Positions 37,031 to 51,090 of a DNA stretch of 64,000 bases are shown here, piece by piece. A program made the position numbers and the translations under genes. The notes beneath the pieces are model-generated. The model searched no databases, was not told where the DNA came from, and saw only the letters and a program-made list of their open reading frames with translations. The stretch lies in assembly GCF_009834535.1 (NCBI RefSeq), contig NC_045696.1, forward strand, positions 103,418,001 to 103,482,000, written 5' to 3'. Within the stretch, counting starts at the first letter, position 1, and every line of letters starts with the position of its first letter. This stretch comes from Camelus ferus. Its lineage: Eukaryota.

Positions 37031-39075
37031 AACAAAAATTAGGAAGAAGGTCTAACCTAGAGAACTGGCCAAGCTGAAGAAAAATTCAGTGAGCTAAAAG
37101 ACCAAGCCAAGGTGTTCTAAAACACTAGGCAAAAAGGTGGACAGGGAAAGTATGGAGATAGTTTGGATAGAACATCAACAAATCTAATAGGAATTCCACC
37201 AGAAAAGGGGTGGGGGTGCTCAAAGAAATAACCCATTTTGTGTCTATATTGGAAAAGATGGAAAAATACTGGAAAACATCCTATACCTAGACACAAACAG
37301 GTAAAATTTCAGAATGCCAAAAATAAAATGATGTATTCCAAGTTGAGGAAAAACGATTATAAACTAAAAGATGAACCAACCAATAAAACAAAAGGACTTC
37401 TCCAGACACACAGGACTCAGAAAATCTACTACCCTCAATTCTGCCTGAAAGAATTGGTCATACAACACAAAAAAACTGAAGCATAATAGCAAAAAAATGC
37501 TAACAACCTAAGTGTCCTCAAACAAAGCAAAGAAGAAATGAAATATAATATATAATGGAAAGCTATACACTGTAGTTAAAAAAGGAATGAAACAGATCTC
37601 AAAAACTCCCAGTGGGAAAAAGTAACTTCAGAATGATACATACCACATGTTTAAATTTAAAACACTCAAATGAGTTACAGAATTCTATAAATTTATGTAT
37701 AAATTTACAAATCAAATTCATAAACAGTGGTTATCTCTGAATAAGGGAGGAAGGGATTGGAGTTGGCAATGTGGTAAAGGAAGATGTGAGTTTTGGCTAC
37801 ATTGTCTTCATTCCTTTTTTGGGGGTGGAGGGTGGAACTTATATATTATCTGCCTAACCTGGAAAAAAGGACAAAGTTCAAACACTAAATCCCAGAAAGT
37901 TAATATAATTGTACATTTTCTATTTTTTAAAGTTTTCTTTTAAAAAATCTAAGGCAAGAAAAATATATAAAGCAATGGTGAGCAGAGAAACCAGTAAGAC
38001 TTACTGGTAACATCTAAGTAAGTGTTGGTAAACATTTTCAAATCAGAAGTTCTTAGAAAAAACAATCAGAGCTCTATCTCTTATGTCCAAATGCCTTTAG
38101 TTCATTCTCCCAATTTTCAAGAAATACATTCTTTTTCTAAACATTTTTTCTTTTTCTACAAGTTACCCAAACAGTTTTAATAAGGCTAGTACTATCCAGA
38201 TACCAAAATTGGAAAGACAGTACTCACACAAACTTCGCACATTTATTTTATTTTACAAACACTTACACAGAGGTTACACACTACAGTGTGACAATGACAT
38301 AGAACAGAGATACAAATTAACAAAATAGAACAATGTCTAAGAAAGGATCCACATAAAATGGAGTTTTGCATGTAACAAAATTGGCAATTCAAATAGTGAG
38401 GAATGCTGGGTTATTCCATATATTTTAGGGTAAGTGATTAGGAAAAGCCCATAAAAACTGAATTTGTAATGTTAATTTAAAACAAGTACAATTTCTAAAA
38501 CAAAGGAATTATGAGACTAAAGAGAGCAAAAAAATGAGCAAGTCACTGTAAAGAAATGGAAACTGAGCAAACAAAAATATGCTCAGTTGCAGTCATCAGA
38601 GATACTGCAAATCAAACCAACCAGATACCAGCATACTACCAAACTAGCAGAAAAAATTTAAAAAGGGATGATAACCAATGCCCAGAAAGTTGAAGGGAAA
38701 CAGGCAGCAATCTCTGCTGGTGGGAGTGTACACTGGTACAGCTTTACAGGAGGACAATCTCAGTAGAAAAATAAGCATATACTACAAACTGGTGATTCCA
38801 TTTCTCAGTGTCTACCCAAGAGAAACAAATTGCAGTGCAATTTGTCAGAGGAAAAATGGAACAACCTAAATATTCATCACCAGGAAATATATGTATCTTG
38901 GATATACATCCCTACACTATGGAATATTATGCAATGATTCAAAGGAGATAAATATATATAAAGAAAGACATGGAAACACAGTCAAGACATATTAAGTGGG
39001 GAAAAAAGCAGTTTAAGAACATACATTCTTCCTATTACTCATGTAAAAGTGGAAAATTATTCCTACACATTCCAT

Positions 39076-39100
39076 ACACACACACACACACACACACACA
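39076..39100. repeat. (AC)12 microsatellite
   Basis: Directly visible. Confidence 0.95.
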
Positions 39101-39419
39101 TCGACATATATAAATGTGTTGGAAAAGCACTGATAGTAAAACTGATAAGTAATCATTGCCTGCAGGAAAGACTCCATAATTGGTAGAAGACAGTCAAAGG
39201 AAATATGAATATATTGATTTATTTTTTCCTGCAACATTCAATTAGGAATATTTACAAATACACACGAAGGTTAGAAGAAACATAAGTGAACATCCATAAA
39301 ACCACTCATATTCTACAGTAAACAGTCTACTATATATATTTCATATCTATTCACCATCTGTTTTTTAAGTGCATTTCAAGTTGCAGATATCCATACATTT
39401 TACCCCTAAACACTTCAAC

Positions 39420-40010
39420 ATGCACATTAACAAAAACTGAGGAAAAAATTACATTCAGTGAAATACACAAATCTCCAACGTACCATTACTTGAGTTTTCA
39501 CAAATGCATTCACCTACATGATCCAAACTGCTATCAAGACAGAAACGTTACCATCACCCTACAAAGTTCTCTCAGGTCCCTTCCCAGTCAACCCCCATGC
39601 CCACCATCCTAGAGGCAGAAACAGTTTTAGGCTTTTTTTTTAAGCACAGGTAAGTATTGTTTGTTTTAGAATTTCATAAAAATGAAATTATATATATAGT
39701 ATGTTCCTTTTGGTAAAGCTTCTTTTCTGCTCGGCCTAACTGTGGGATTCACACATGTTTTGTGTATCTATAGTTCGTTCTTTTTTACTGTTGAGTGGTA
39801 TCCCACTGTGTGGACATACCAGTCTGTCTGTCCATTCAGCTGTTGGACACCTGGGCTTTTCCAGTTTGGAGCTACTGTGAATATTTCTGTGTACTTCTGT
39901 GGACACACGTTTCATTCTCTTGGGTAAACACCTAGAACGGCTGGGTCATGTGGTAGATGAACACTTACTTTTACAAGAAACAGATCTTTATCCAAAGTGG
40001 ATATACCACA
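39420..40010 (-). mobile_element. L1MB/ME-type 3' fragment
   Basis: ctatcaagacagaaacgttaccatcacc...ttggacacctgggcttttccagtttgg...ttcattctcttgggtaaacacctag. Confidence 0.75.
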
Positions 40011-40221
40011 TGTTTTAAGAAGTATCACAGGTAACAGTGGTTACCCAGGGAAGAAGCTGAGGATAACAGTGGACATACTGACTACTCACATCTGTACTGT
40101 AAAAATTCAAATAATGATGTTACTTTTGTTGTATGAAAAGTACAAAGCCAAGGGTCCACATTCCACTTAAGACTAGTTCGTATTTCTTGGGTCAGCCTAC
40201 ATTGACCATCAACTTCTAAAG

Positions 40222-40408
40222 CAGAGGTCAGCAAATCATGCCTGCTGCCTGTTTTTGTAAATAAATTACTGAAACACTAGTTTACATATTGTTTACAGCC
40301 ACTTTCAAGCTACTAACAGCAGAGTCGAGGAACTGCCGCAGACACTATACAGCTAGCAAAGCCTAAAACACGATCTGGTCCTTTAAAGAAAAAGTTTGCA
40401 GCCTCCTG
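40222..40408. mobile_element. MER58 (hAT-Charlie MITE)
   Basis: cagaggtcagcaaa...gcctgtttttgtaaataaa...aaagcctaaaa...tctggtcctttaaagaaaaagtttgcagcctcctg. Confidence 0.8.
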
Positions 40409-40448
40409 TTCAAAAGCATTTATACAGGCTTTTTCATTCCAAACTGAC

Positions 40449-40585
40449 TTTTATTTTTGGAGGGGGGCGTAATTAGGTTTATTTATTTATTTACTTGTTT
40501 GTTTCTAGTGAAGGGACTGGGGATTGAACCCAGGGCCTCATGCATGCTAGGCATGCACTCTACCACTGAGCTATACCCTCCCCCC
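40449..40585 (-). mobile_element. Camelid tRNA-derived SINE (Vic-1-like)
   Basis: gtaattaggtttatttatt...ggggattgaacccaggg...taccactgagctataccctcccc; degenerate TSD caaactgac/caaaccgac. Confidence 0.9.
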
Positions 40586-43500
40586 TCAAACCGACATCTT
40601 GAAACTATCTTATGCAACTTTTCCCTTATAGAGGAAACTAAGACCAAAAGATTTTAAATGACTTGTCTAAGCTTAGATGGAAATGTAGAATTCGAATTTA
40701 GGTCTATATTCTGAGTCCTAGCCTGACCATCTACTCAATATACCGATAAACTTCTATGACTTATCAAGTAAAAATACATATGCCCACTGGCTCACTTTGA
40801 CTATGATGCCCTATCTGGAAACTTCAAAATGAATTAGAAGTTTAGTGGAACAGAATCATGGTAAGCTAAGGGAAAGTATGCCTTTACTAACAAGTTTCTC
40901 CACAAAGAAGACTTTCACAGTGTGGAGCTATACCAATGAATCCACAATACTCTCAACTTAAACAGGTGACTCACAAGCGGAAACTGATTAAATGACAATT
41001 TTTTTCATCAAAAAAATAGTGTTTACTATGTGCTAGATGCTGCAGGGCTCTAAGTCCTGCTCTGTGAGACTATCCAGTTATTAGGAGTAGTGTATAGAAA
41101 CAACTATAATCCAGGGCGCAAAGTTTTAGGTGTTACAGGTGATAAATGTGGTATTATTTTTCACCTGGGCATGTCAGAGGCGGCTTATGGCAGAGCTGGC
41201 ACTAAAGCGTTTATGACACAGAGCAGGGCGGGCACGGGAGAGGGAATGAGCCAGACCTCAGAAACACCCACCTGGATCTGACATGCAGTATACAGGGAGG
41301 ATGGTATAAAATGACAGGTTAAGAGGTTGGAAACGTAGTTCTAAGCCAATGTGTAATACACCTGGAATGCCAGGATATCTGGAACTTATTTAAACTTTCT
41401 GAAAGCAGTGGGAATCCAAATAGTCCGGGGTACAGGGAAGTAGTGTGATCAAAGCTAAAGCCTTAGAAATAATCTGAGAAACGCTGGTTTAGGTCACAAC
41501 GATTCTGACTGATTCCTTGGGTCTTTCCCGGGATGTACCAGTAGTTAAGAGCCTACCTTCCCCAGTAAACAACATTACCCTTCTTTTAAGCAGCAGATAA
41601 AAGCTGGAAAGCCAAGGGTCTATTTAAACTTGGAACAATTTTGAAAGAAAGTTACGAAAGATCTTCTGGTGCTTAAGTTTTTTAATCAGAGAATTTACAT
41701 GAAAAGGCACTATCAGATCCTGATAAAGAGGGGCAGGATTGGTGGGAATGTTAAGGAAATTTGCAACAGGTGGTTAGCATTATGAAGCTAGGAAAAACAA
41801 GCACCCCGGGATTCCCTGTGAATGTGCGCCTTCACAAGGTACTGGAGGATGGGGTGAGGCGGAAGAGTGGTGAGCGGGTCAGAAAAAATTAATTCCTGAA
41901 CTAACTGTAGTAGGGCGTGGGTCGCAGAGAGATTCAAGCGATGTTATAGAAGTTGAACTGGCATGATTTGGCCAGGTTCAGAACCCAGATCACAGCAATG
42001 ATAGTGACAGTCTACAAAAATTAAAAATATAGGAGTAACTCAGAACTCCAGTGAAGGAAGGGGAAAAAGCTCTGCTTAATCACTTGATACATAAGGTACT
42101 GGAGTTATCTAAGCCTCACTCTCAGGTTTATGGGATATGTAAGAAGCAACTGGAATCAGAGATGATGCCAAGAAGTAAAATGTGTCAGTAATCTCTGCAA
42201 TTGTTTTGAGATGAAGATGAAGAGAAAACAAGGCCAAAAACAGCACCTGGAAATACACATTCAGGAAATAAGAGAACCAGGAAAGAAATGACTAGAGAAG
42301 TGTGGAGTGGGGGTAACGGCCACTTTTTATGGGCCAGATACTGCCAATGGGTCAGAAACCACAAAAGAAAAGTACCTCATGCTGTACACAAGGGTCAATT
42401 CCTTACCACAGCATTAGCAAAATACTAAGAGGAAGTCATAAATAAGAGCCAGCTCCACAAATGACTCGGTAACAAAGTTTAAACAGATATGGGGAGGTTG
42501 TCAGGTTAGAGAATTCTTTTCAAAAATATTATTAGCTAACAGCACCTTGTAGGGAGAGGATGACACTATTAAATTAACCCCCATTAAGTCTGAGAGCAGA
42601 TAAGTTAAAAAAGAATAAAAAGCCTTTATGAAGTTCTCAGAAGAGCCAAATAAGCAGCTAAATACAACAATAAACCAGGACATAGGAGACCTAGATAGTA
42701 ACTTTGGTTCTGTTATCCTAATCAGATGCACCACCCAGGCATGTCAAACTCTGCTGAGTCTCCCATGAGAAAGTTAAGGGGACGCTTCTTCTGAACACTG
42801 AACTATGAACCCATCAGTGCTGAAGTCAAAAAGAAAAAGAAAGGACACTGCCCAAACACTGAGTGAACCTTTATGCTATTATATGTCAATACCATCAAAG
42901 ACATTAAAAATAATGTTGTAGAAGACTAATTACATCTAATTAGACTGGGAACATTCCATAATACTGCTCACTCATCCAATCGATTTTTATTATATTCCTG
43001 CTAAGGGCCAGGCCCCAGGCTAGGTGTTAGGAAGATGTGAATAAGAAGTTTATGTCTAGTAAACAGGCAACAATAATACTATATGAAGTGACAAATGCTA
43101 CACTAGAAAAAGGTTTCACAGGACACACTGAAGCACTCATTTGACCCAGTCTTAAGGCAAAGAGGGGCTCAAAAACATTTATCAGAGATCAGGCTATGAA
43201 AGCTGACGTCTGAGCAGCCAGGCTAAGGTGAAGGAAGGAGAGGCTCAGAAGCTAAGAAACAGGCCCAGAAGGGGTGGGAGAGAACTCTGTGGAAAGTAAG
43301 ATGACAGGAGAGAAATACACAAACGAGACTGCAAAAAGTCTGCAGGTCATGCTAAGGAGCCCTGGAGGACAGTAGAAATTTACATGAAGAAGTGCCTATA
43401 AAACATCCAACTGAAAATTTCTGACAGACAGTTGATTAGCAGAATATAAAAAAGCCTTAGGGACTAGAAATGCAGATTTGGAGTGCCAACACAGAGGCAG

Positions 43501-46500
43501 TTAACTAAAGCCACAAGAACACCAAAGTTCCAGCAGGCTGTGTGGACCGTATCCACACTGAGAGGTGATGGAGAGGCCCGGGGATATCCCCAGCACGTCA
43601 ACCTCTAAGGAGATGGCCCAGGAATGAGAACCATTCCCCTTACATGTTAAGTGATACATCTAGGAATCTAGCTGAATATTTTAAAATTTTATTTATACAT
43701 TAAAAAAAACTTTATACATAGGTAAAAAAAGTTAGCACTGATTATTCTAAGTGGTTAAAGATTACAGATGTTACTTCAAAATCAATGTAATAAATGCAGA
43801 TTTAGAAAATAATAAATTTAACTTTCAAAGTTAAAATGTTTTTTTCTTCTACTGCAAAATCAGTGTTAAATGGTCCTTAATCAAACATGATGACAAATCA
43901 TGGTAAAGTTGTTATTAAAGATAGGAGGGTTTTTAAACTTCTTTTAATACAACTAATTTAATTCTATAGATCAAAATTCAATTTCAAAGAAATCAAGTTA
44001 TTTTGGGAGTGAAGGGAGAAGCTCTTTAACATAGTAAAGCACATACTACACTCATTACAAAGGTACCTGGAACACAACATACACTCCCTCCCTTCCACTA
44101 CCAGTCCAGGAAATGCTGCCCCCTGCTGGGTGGTGGCTCAGTGAGCCTCTGCAGCTGCCGGGCCACACCCACCACTGACCTTCACTTACAGCCTGCACAC
44201 GGGGTAAGGCACGTCCTGTTACTTTCTCAACAGCGCAAATTTTTGTAAAGTTTCTCTAAAACGTCACTCCACAGGACAAAGAACACCCTACAAAACTGCG
44301 AAAATAAACACATATGCCTTCTTGCCTACAGTCAAACACCTAAGATGGGATGGAGTCTGATCTCCAAAGCATTTACTGAGGCATGACATAGAAAGGGAGC
44401 AGGTGACTGAAAATAATGGCACTTCATGGATCTATAATAAAAGAAAAGCACATGAACAAAATGGAGATGTTAATAGTTTTGGTCCAGAATTTGGACCCTG
44501 CTTGGAATCAGTAACTTGAGTTTTCAGTTAATTTTAACATAAAATATCTATTAACAGATAACCTTGAAGATCATGAATGCCAAAGAAGCCCACAAGTGGA
44601 TGTCACTAAATGACACCATGTCATTACATAGTTTAAAAAGAAAAGCTCTGTCCTTAGAGGGAGTCAAGGCCAAGGATTCTATTACTGAGTGAGTGAACTT
44701 TGATAGATCAGATCTGTGGGTTCAATTTTTACACCTATCAAACAAATCAGGGCACAAGGCTAGTTTAGTAACTTTCGAGATTTTTTTTTTTTTTTACTGT
44801 AAGAAACACATTTTACACCAGAGTATATGAATATACAAAACAAACAAGTTTCATGGAACATTTCCCCTTAAGATAAACTTCTTTAGGCAAAATAAACTGA
44901 TGTTTTTACTATTCTACCTTATTATTTTTTTAACTGTTAATTGCAATACATTGTCCACTCCTTATAGTTTAAAAAACACTAGATAATCTCTAAGCTGTCT
45001 TTCACTCTTAATTCTTTATAATGCATTTAGGTTTAATATTTGCAACATCAGTCACAAGGTGCTAAATTTTCTTTGTCCTCTGTTTTTATAAATGGCAACT
45101 ACTTATTCCTGATGTGTCCTTACTGTTCAGCTTGAGAAGCCAGCTCTTAGGTACACTTTGATCATCTACATAGTGTGCATTAGAAAGTTGTGAAAATCGA
45201 ATGAGTTAAGTACATATATGTAAGCATTTTGAAACTGCTGTAACCAAGTGTAAGGTATTAGCCAAATATACAAGAAGCTACTCAAAATCTTTACATAGTT
45301 GTTTTAAATAAGATGATGCGGTGGAACATACAGTATTTTCACTTTAACCCAAATGTAAACAGCAAAATTGCTTTTTAAATGTGTTTTTAACATACATATT
45401 GCACTTGGAGAGGAACCTCAGATTAAGTGGGACAAATGTACTAAAGACTTGAATGTAAAAAAATAAATTTCAGGAAACATCTTAAATCAATATCTTTATA
45501 AAATCTCTGTGGGTAGAGAAAGCCTTTCTCTATATGCTGGCAGGCCCAGCAGCTTTATCAAGGTCAAAAAATATACAATAATCCCCACCCAGACCCACAT
45601 TAATTTCAAAAGCAACTAAAAGAAAACATTTTGCACAAATGAGGTTTAAAAAAAAGGCTGTAACATGTTTTCAAAATGCAATCGGTCCATATATTATCCA
45701 CGACCTAGAAATATCACCAATAAAAATATGTCAAGGAAATAAATTTGCAAAAATGTACAAGAATGAAGAAAATGGGACGAGGAAAAACCAGGACATACAA
45801 TGCTGCACTGGTTTAAAAAAAAAAGAATCAGGAGTTGCTCATATTACCCCAGGTACCTCCCATGTATATATCAGGTACACGTATTAGTAAACTTGTTTAA
45901 AAAAAAAACTTCCAGTCCATCTGACCATATAATGGAATACTAATCAGCTTTTTAAAATGGTGATATAGACCTTTATTAACGTAGGAAAATGCCCACAATA
46001 TACTCAGAAGATTATAAAGCAACATTCACTCTATGACCTTTATGTTAAAGAAAAAAAATTAGCATTATATACATTTCTTAAGTCTTCCTCGACATATATC
46101 GAAATAGGAATCCTGGACATCTTTGGGGTGATGAGATCAGGCAGCTAGCCCACATACTGCCTTTCTGAGAAGTACAAGAAGATACACTTTGTCCAGGCAG
46201 ACCTCACCCTGTAGGGTACACAGCTCGGTGAGTTGAGTATGGATTTCAACCTCCATGCACCATTCCTCTGCACTTCCTTGGAGGTGTGCCCTTATGTTGG
46301 GATAGGGTTATGGATAATTTCCATCTATTTATGCCATTCTGCACTGGCTATTATTACAATAAGCCCTGGCATTTACTATTTGTTGGTATTTTCAATTTTG
46401 GAAAAAAGGTCTTGCCTTAATCCTCCTAAAACTAATCCCAACCTGACCTGTACTACTTCTACTGCCCTTATATAATGATTCATACTTGGATCATTTGTGC

Positions 46501-47599
46501 ACATTATCTGTTAAATGCACATACCTAATAAAACCCCTACCTCAACAGCATACAATACAAAGGTTCGAAAAGGAGCACAACCCGCATTAAGAAATGTCAT
46601 TCTAACACAAAGTGAAGATACTTATTACTGGAAATGAGAAGGCACTTTGGAAGGTAGTATACACAAACTAATCCCTCTCCACCACTAAAAAACTTCCCTC
46701 AGCAAAAAGTTAATACACTCTAGAAACAATAATCATTGTTTACCATTTTTTCCCTATTTAATTCCTGATGCAAGATTTATTTCCTCATCACACTAGTGGG
46801 CTCCCCAAAGACAGTCATTTGAATAAAAATCGTTGAGTGATTACCATGCAGTTAGGCAAGGCATCTGTAAAATAATACAACCGCTGGACTAGGATTAAAG
46901 GACAACTGGGTTCTTTTCTTGGCTGTGGAATATGTAATTTTACACAAAGCAAAATCACAACCTCTCTGGGGCTCATTTTTCTCGTCTCAAGCAGAGTTTG
47001 GGCTAAAAAACCTCCAAGGCCTTTTTCAGCTTGTGATAGGACTTTAACCAGCCTTTCTACTCAGGAGGAGCAGGTTTCAGGCAGCAGCAACAGTTTATTT
47101 TCTAAGTCAGAGTTAATTTACTCTCTTCATGCTCCTCTTGAAAATGTCGTGACCAAAGAATTCTCCACTCTAGAAATTTACTCACTCAGGGGAAAAAAAA
47201 GTCTGTCATGACCAACTAACAAAATATTTTTTTAAAAGGAGGGGAGGAGAAAAAAAGTAAATCAGTTTACGTAACTATAAAGGGAAGAAAAAACACTAGT
47301 CCTTATTCAGACAGTAACATAATTTTTCCAAAAAAGAGTCATTCTAATGCAGCACCGCACTGGCGGATGGTTTAAATATTTCTTTTAAAACAAAGAACTC
47401 ATGCATAGAAAAACTGTTAATACAACCATCACACGTTTTGAAGGCACAGGAGAAAACTGTGCCATTCAGACAAGATTTACTTTCCCGCAATGAAGCACGC
47501 TGGTAAGGAAGAAAACCAGTGTAATTAAAAAGGAATTAGGGAGAAAGCAACCCTTTCAACGCTCTTTTCACTGTTCAAATTCAAGTGCATCTTCGTGTG

Positions 47600-49020
47600 C
47601 CGAGGACTTGTGTGCTCAACACGCTCACGATGCCCACCCACACTTAACCCTCACTTGCGCTCTTCCGACCAGCTGGGGCGGCAGCGCGGACGAGTCACAA
47701 GATAGCGGCGGGAGTGGAAATTTCCTCTCCGCGGGCGTGGGGCAGGGTCTGGCTTCCCCGAACCGCTCGGCGCCGCCGGCCGCCTCCGCCAGGGCCTCTA
47801 CGGGCCGGCGCGCTCCGTACAAAGAAGGCCGGGCGTACGGCCCCCACGCGCTCGGGACTGGGCTCCGGGACCCGGTCCCCGGCTTCCGGCGCCGCAGGCC
47901 GGGGCAGCACGTGCGCCCCGCTCCCGGCACGGAGGAAGGAACCGGGGCGGCCCGGCGGGGGCTGCCAGTGGGCCCCGCACCCTCGCCCACCCGCCGGCCT
48001 TTCGAGAAATGAATGGGGTCGCCCTGCTCCGCCGCTGCTGCAGCCGCCGCCCGTCTTAGAACCCGGCGGCCACGGTGAAAACCGCTACGGGCGGCGGAGG
48101 CGGAGGCGGCTCCCGGGCCCCTGCGCGGGGAGCCGCCTCCCGCCTTTCCCTTCCCACTAGACCCCGCCCGGCGTCCCCCAGGACCGCGACTGGCCCCGGC
48201 GCCCAACAGCCTCCCGCTCACCCCAGCTCTTGGCGGTGCGCCCCAGGAACTCTCCGGTGGTCGGGTTGTAGATGAAGAGCTTCCACTCGGCCAGGCTTTG
48301 GTTGAAGGACTTCTTCTCTTTCTTCGTCATGGTGTGTGTGCCGACGGCGAGGGGAGCGGCGGCCGCGGGGGTGGAGGCGGCGAGGAGCTCGGAGGCGCGT
48401 CCCGGCTCGAGCGGCGCAGCCCGGCGACGGCGGCGGAAGGCGGGATGGCAGAGGAGACCTCCCGGTTGCCGTGAGCGCTAAAGCCGACTGCGCCGCGCCG
48501 CGCCGCGCCGAGCCGGGCGGCCGCTCAGGCCGCGGGAGCCTGACGTCTCCGCCCTCCGCAGCCAATCCCCGCGCCGTTCAGGCCGCGCCGCCGCCGCCGC
48601 TACCGCCTCCCGCCCGCGGCGGGGCGCAGCCCTACGCGGCCGAGACGCCCCGCCCACAGCCCCGGCTCCGCCCCGCGGTACCCGGTGGGGCCGGGACGCT
48701 CCGGGCTCTCTCGGCCCTGGCCAGAGGAAGCAAAAATTGCGCGTAGCAACTTTAAAAACCATGAGGGCTTAATAAGAAGCAGATTGACAATGACAAGCAA
48801 AAGATGAGCGTCCCTGATCCTCAGGTTTTTCAGAAGGAGGACTCGGGAGACGCTTCGGGCAGCCGGGATCCGGAGTCCCCCCCAGTTCCTTGGCTGCGGC
48901 GGCGCGGGACCAGGAGTGCGCGGCAGCGACTCGGGTCCGCTAAGTCGCCTTCACCGAGGAGGGGACTTCACCACCCTCTCCCCAAACCGTCTCCGGGCGT
49001 TCTCCTCTGGGCTCTATGAC
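47600..49020. promoter_or_regulatory. CpG island / ATP1B3 promoter
   Basis: Dense CpG and very high GC around exon 1. CRE-like TGACGTCT 48541-48548, GC boxes (ccgccc at 48549-48554 and near 48650-48672), CCAAT 48562-48566, CGCGC and GCC short repeats; no TATA box seen. Confidence 0.9.
48222..48330 (-). CDS. ATP1B3: ATP1B3 coding exon 1 ([11 protein letters not shown]...RTAKSW-G)
   Basis: ACC-ATG Kozak context at 48330; donor G|GTGAGC; no upstream ATG seen in 48331-48520. Confidence 0.98.
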
Positions 49021-50648
49021 GTGACTAAGAGAGTCAGCTGTAGTATCCCGTGTGTGATGTATTACAGACTGCTGCTTAGAGAATGTCCTGACTTGGCTCT
49101 TTTGAAGGATTTACGTAGGATTCCCGAGTCAATAGGAATTTCATTCTAAATATGACAGTATTAAGTAAATGCAGTATAATTTTCTCCAGCTTTAATTGAA
49201 TTTATCAATGAAATCAATTTACATGCTTTCCTGAGGTTCCTGTCAACTGTAAGAACTTTTTTTTTTTTACCACTCGGTCTCTTAATCTACAGGAAATCAA
49301 TTCCTCGTTTAGTGTTGATGCCTAAGTAATTTTCCCGACTTTTCATCTTTTTCACTGCATTGCTTGCTCCCCTAGGTCGGAGCTGAGGGTGCAGTCGATG
49401 CTTTCCTACACGAGATGGAGCTGAAGAGTGCAGTGCTCTGAAACTGTTGTGACAGCATGAAATGACTTAAAGAGGAGTTTAGGCAGAAGGTGCTTTTCTT
49501 TCTTTTTCTTTTTTTCTTTAAGAAAAATGAAATGAAGCACTGCCTCTGTTTTATTAGCAAATAAAACATTCTGAATGAAGAAATGTAGCCCACATCTTAC
49601 TGTTTGGAACATTGCATTATAATCCATCTGAAAGTTTAAACACAGCCTGCAAATGCTTTAAAGGAGTTAATGGATAACGAAATTCTGGAATTTCTCTTGT
49701 TTCCTTACTTTGCTTATCATAGCAAGGAATTATGAATTACGCCTCCTACAAATGGAAAAGGGATAGAAAAATATATTATTATAAAGTGACTTTTTTCCCT
49801 GCACGTAGGAAAGCTAAGTTTATAATTATGACCTTGGGAATGATAACCAAAATCTAGTTACTTTGTTGAGCCAGTGACAGCAAAGGATTTGCAGAAGCGT
49901 TTTGTAAGATTTGGCATGGAAATAGTATTAGAAATAGCAAAACACCATGCAAGCAGACTAGAATGCATTTCTCTAGTTCATAAATAAGGTTGAAAGGGAA
50001 CTGAGGAATGGAATTTAGTTAACTATTTTTGTCATATTAAAAATCTAACTACAGATTAGAGGACAGGTGAAATATTGGTAGAATTAATAACAGGCTTTCT
50101 AGTTTCGGTAAGAGGAAAGACACAGAGTCTAGAATAAAATCTAAAACCGTTGGCTTTACTGCGTGTGTGTGCGTGCGCGCACGCTAATAACAAGCACATT
50201 TTGAGAAATAATTACCTGGCACACACAAAGAAAACATGGTAAACAAGAACATTATGAAACAGTGTTTCAATGATATTGAATGCTGTCACGTATTTGTAGT
50301 TTGTATATTTTTAGTGGTCATTAATATGCCTTTCATTTGTAGTGCTTTTCCAAATAATTCTGTAAGCAAGTATAATTCAGTATTTTCAAAACTCATGCCC
50401 AGCTTAATATAGTAACTGATCCATCAGATTCCAGGCTGGGGAAAAGTTTACATTCTAATCCAAAATACGGGAACTATTTGTTTCTCTGATACATACTTGA
50501 GCACTACCTAGAAGAGAAAATACTGAGTGTATTGGTGGGTATTGGCCTAACAAGTATGAGCAGATGCAATATCAAATTTAATCACAGCTTTATTCCCTGC
50601 AGATTTACTTTACCAGGCCTAAGTCTCCCTTTTAAAAGAGAAGTTATT

Positions 50649-50838
50649 TTGCCAGATAAAATGCAGGATGCTCACTTAAATTTGAATTTCAGACAGGTGA
50701 TGGATACTTTTTTAGTGTAAGTATATTCCATGCAATATTTGAGACATACTTACACTAAAAGAATTATTCTTATCTAAGATTCAAATTTAACTGGATATCT
50801 TGGTTTTTTTTTTTCATTTGCTAAATCTAGCTACCCTA
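50649..50838. mobile_element. MER53 palindromic hAT MITE
   Basis: ttgccagataaaatgcagga...aaatttgaatttcag...tagtgtaagtat / atacttacacta...ttcaaattt...gctaaatctagctacccta. Confidence 0.85.
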
Positions 50839-50874
50839 CTGTAGAGGATACCTATGAATCAATCCCACAGCAAT

Positions 50875-51090
50875 AATGACAATGATCATTTATACATATT
50901 TAAAAGTCCTAGGCCCTGGACTACTTGCTTAGTATGACTTTATTTCTTAATCTTTACAAATACCCTAAGAAAGAGGTGTTCCCTAATTTTGTAAATGAGG
51001 AAACTGAGGTTAGGAAAATTAAGTAACTTGCCCATGGCCAAAAAGTTATCAGACAACAGCACAGTGATTCAACGCCTATCTCTCCTCCAC
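50875..51090 (-). mobile_element. MIR SINE
   Basis: Core ttttgtaaatgaggaaactgaggttaggaaaattaagtaacttgcccatgg. Other probable MIR pieces near 4300-4480, 40620-40730, 61370-61560 and 62680-62800. Confidence 0.8.

Larger units (their letters stand above)
10430..48510 (-). other. ATP1B3: ATP1B3 gene span (Na+/K+-ATPase subunit beta-3), 7 coding exons; transcript ends approximate
   Basis: Spliced CDS 109+129+108+185+51+87+171=840 nt gives 279 aa: [279 protein letters not shown]. One TM helix, six extracellular Cys (128,144,154,170,191,250) and the YFPYYGK motif. Confidence 0.98.

Noticed and set aside
47608..49149. Many overlapping 60-198 aa ORFs on both strands
   Set aside because: Arg/Gly/Pro/Ala-rich translations of a CpG island that lacks stop codons; only 48222-48330 is coding.
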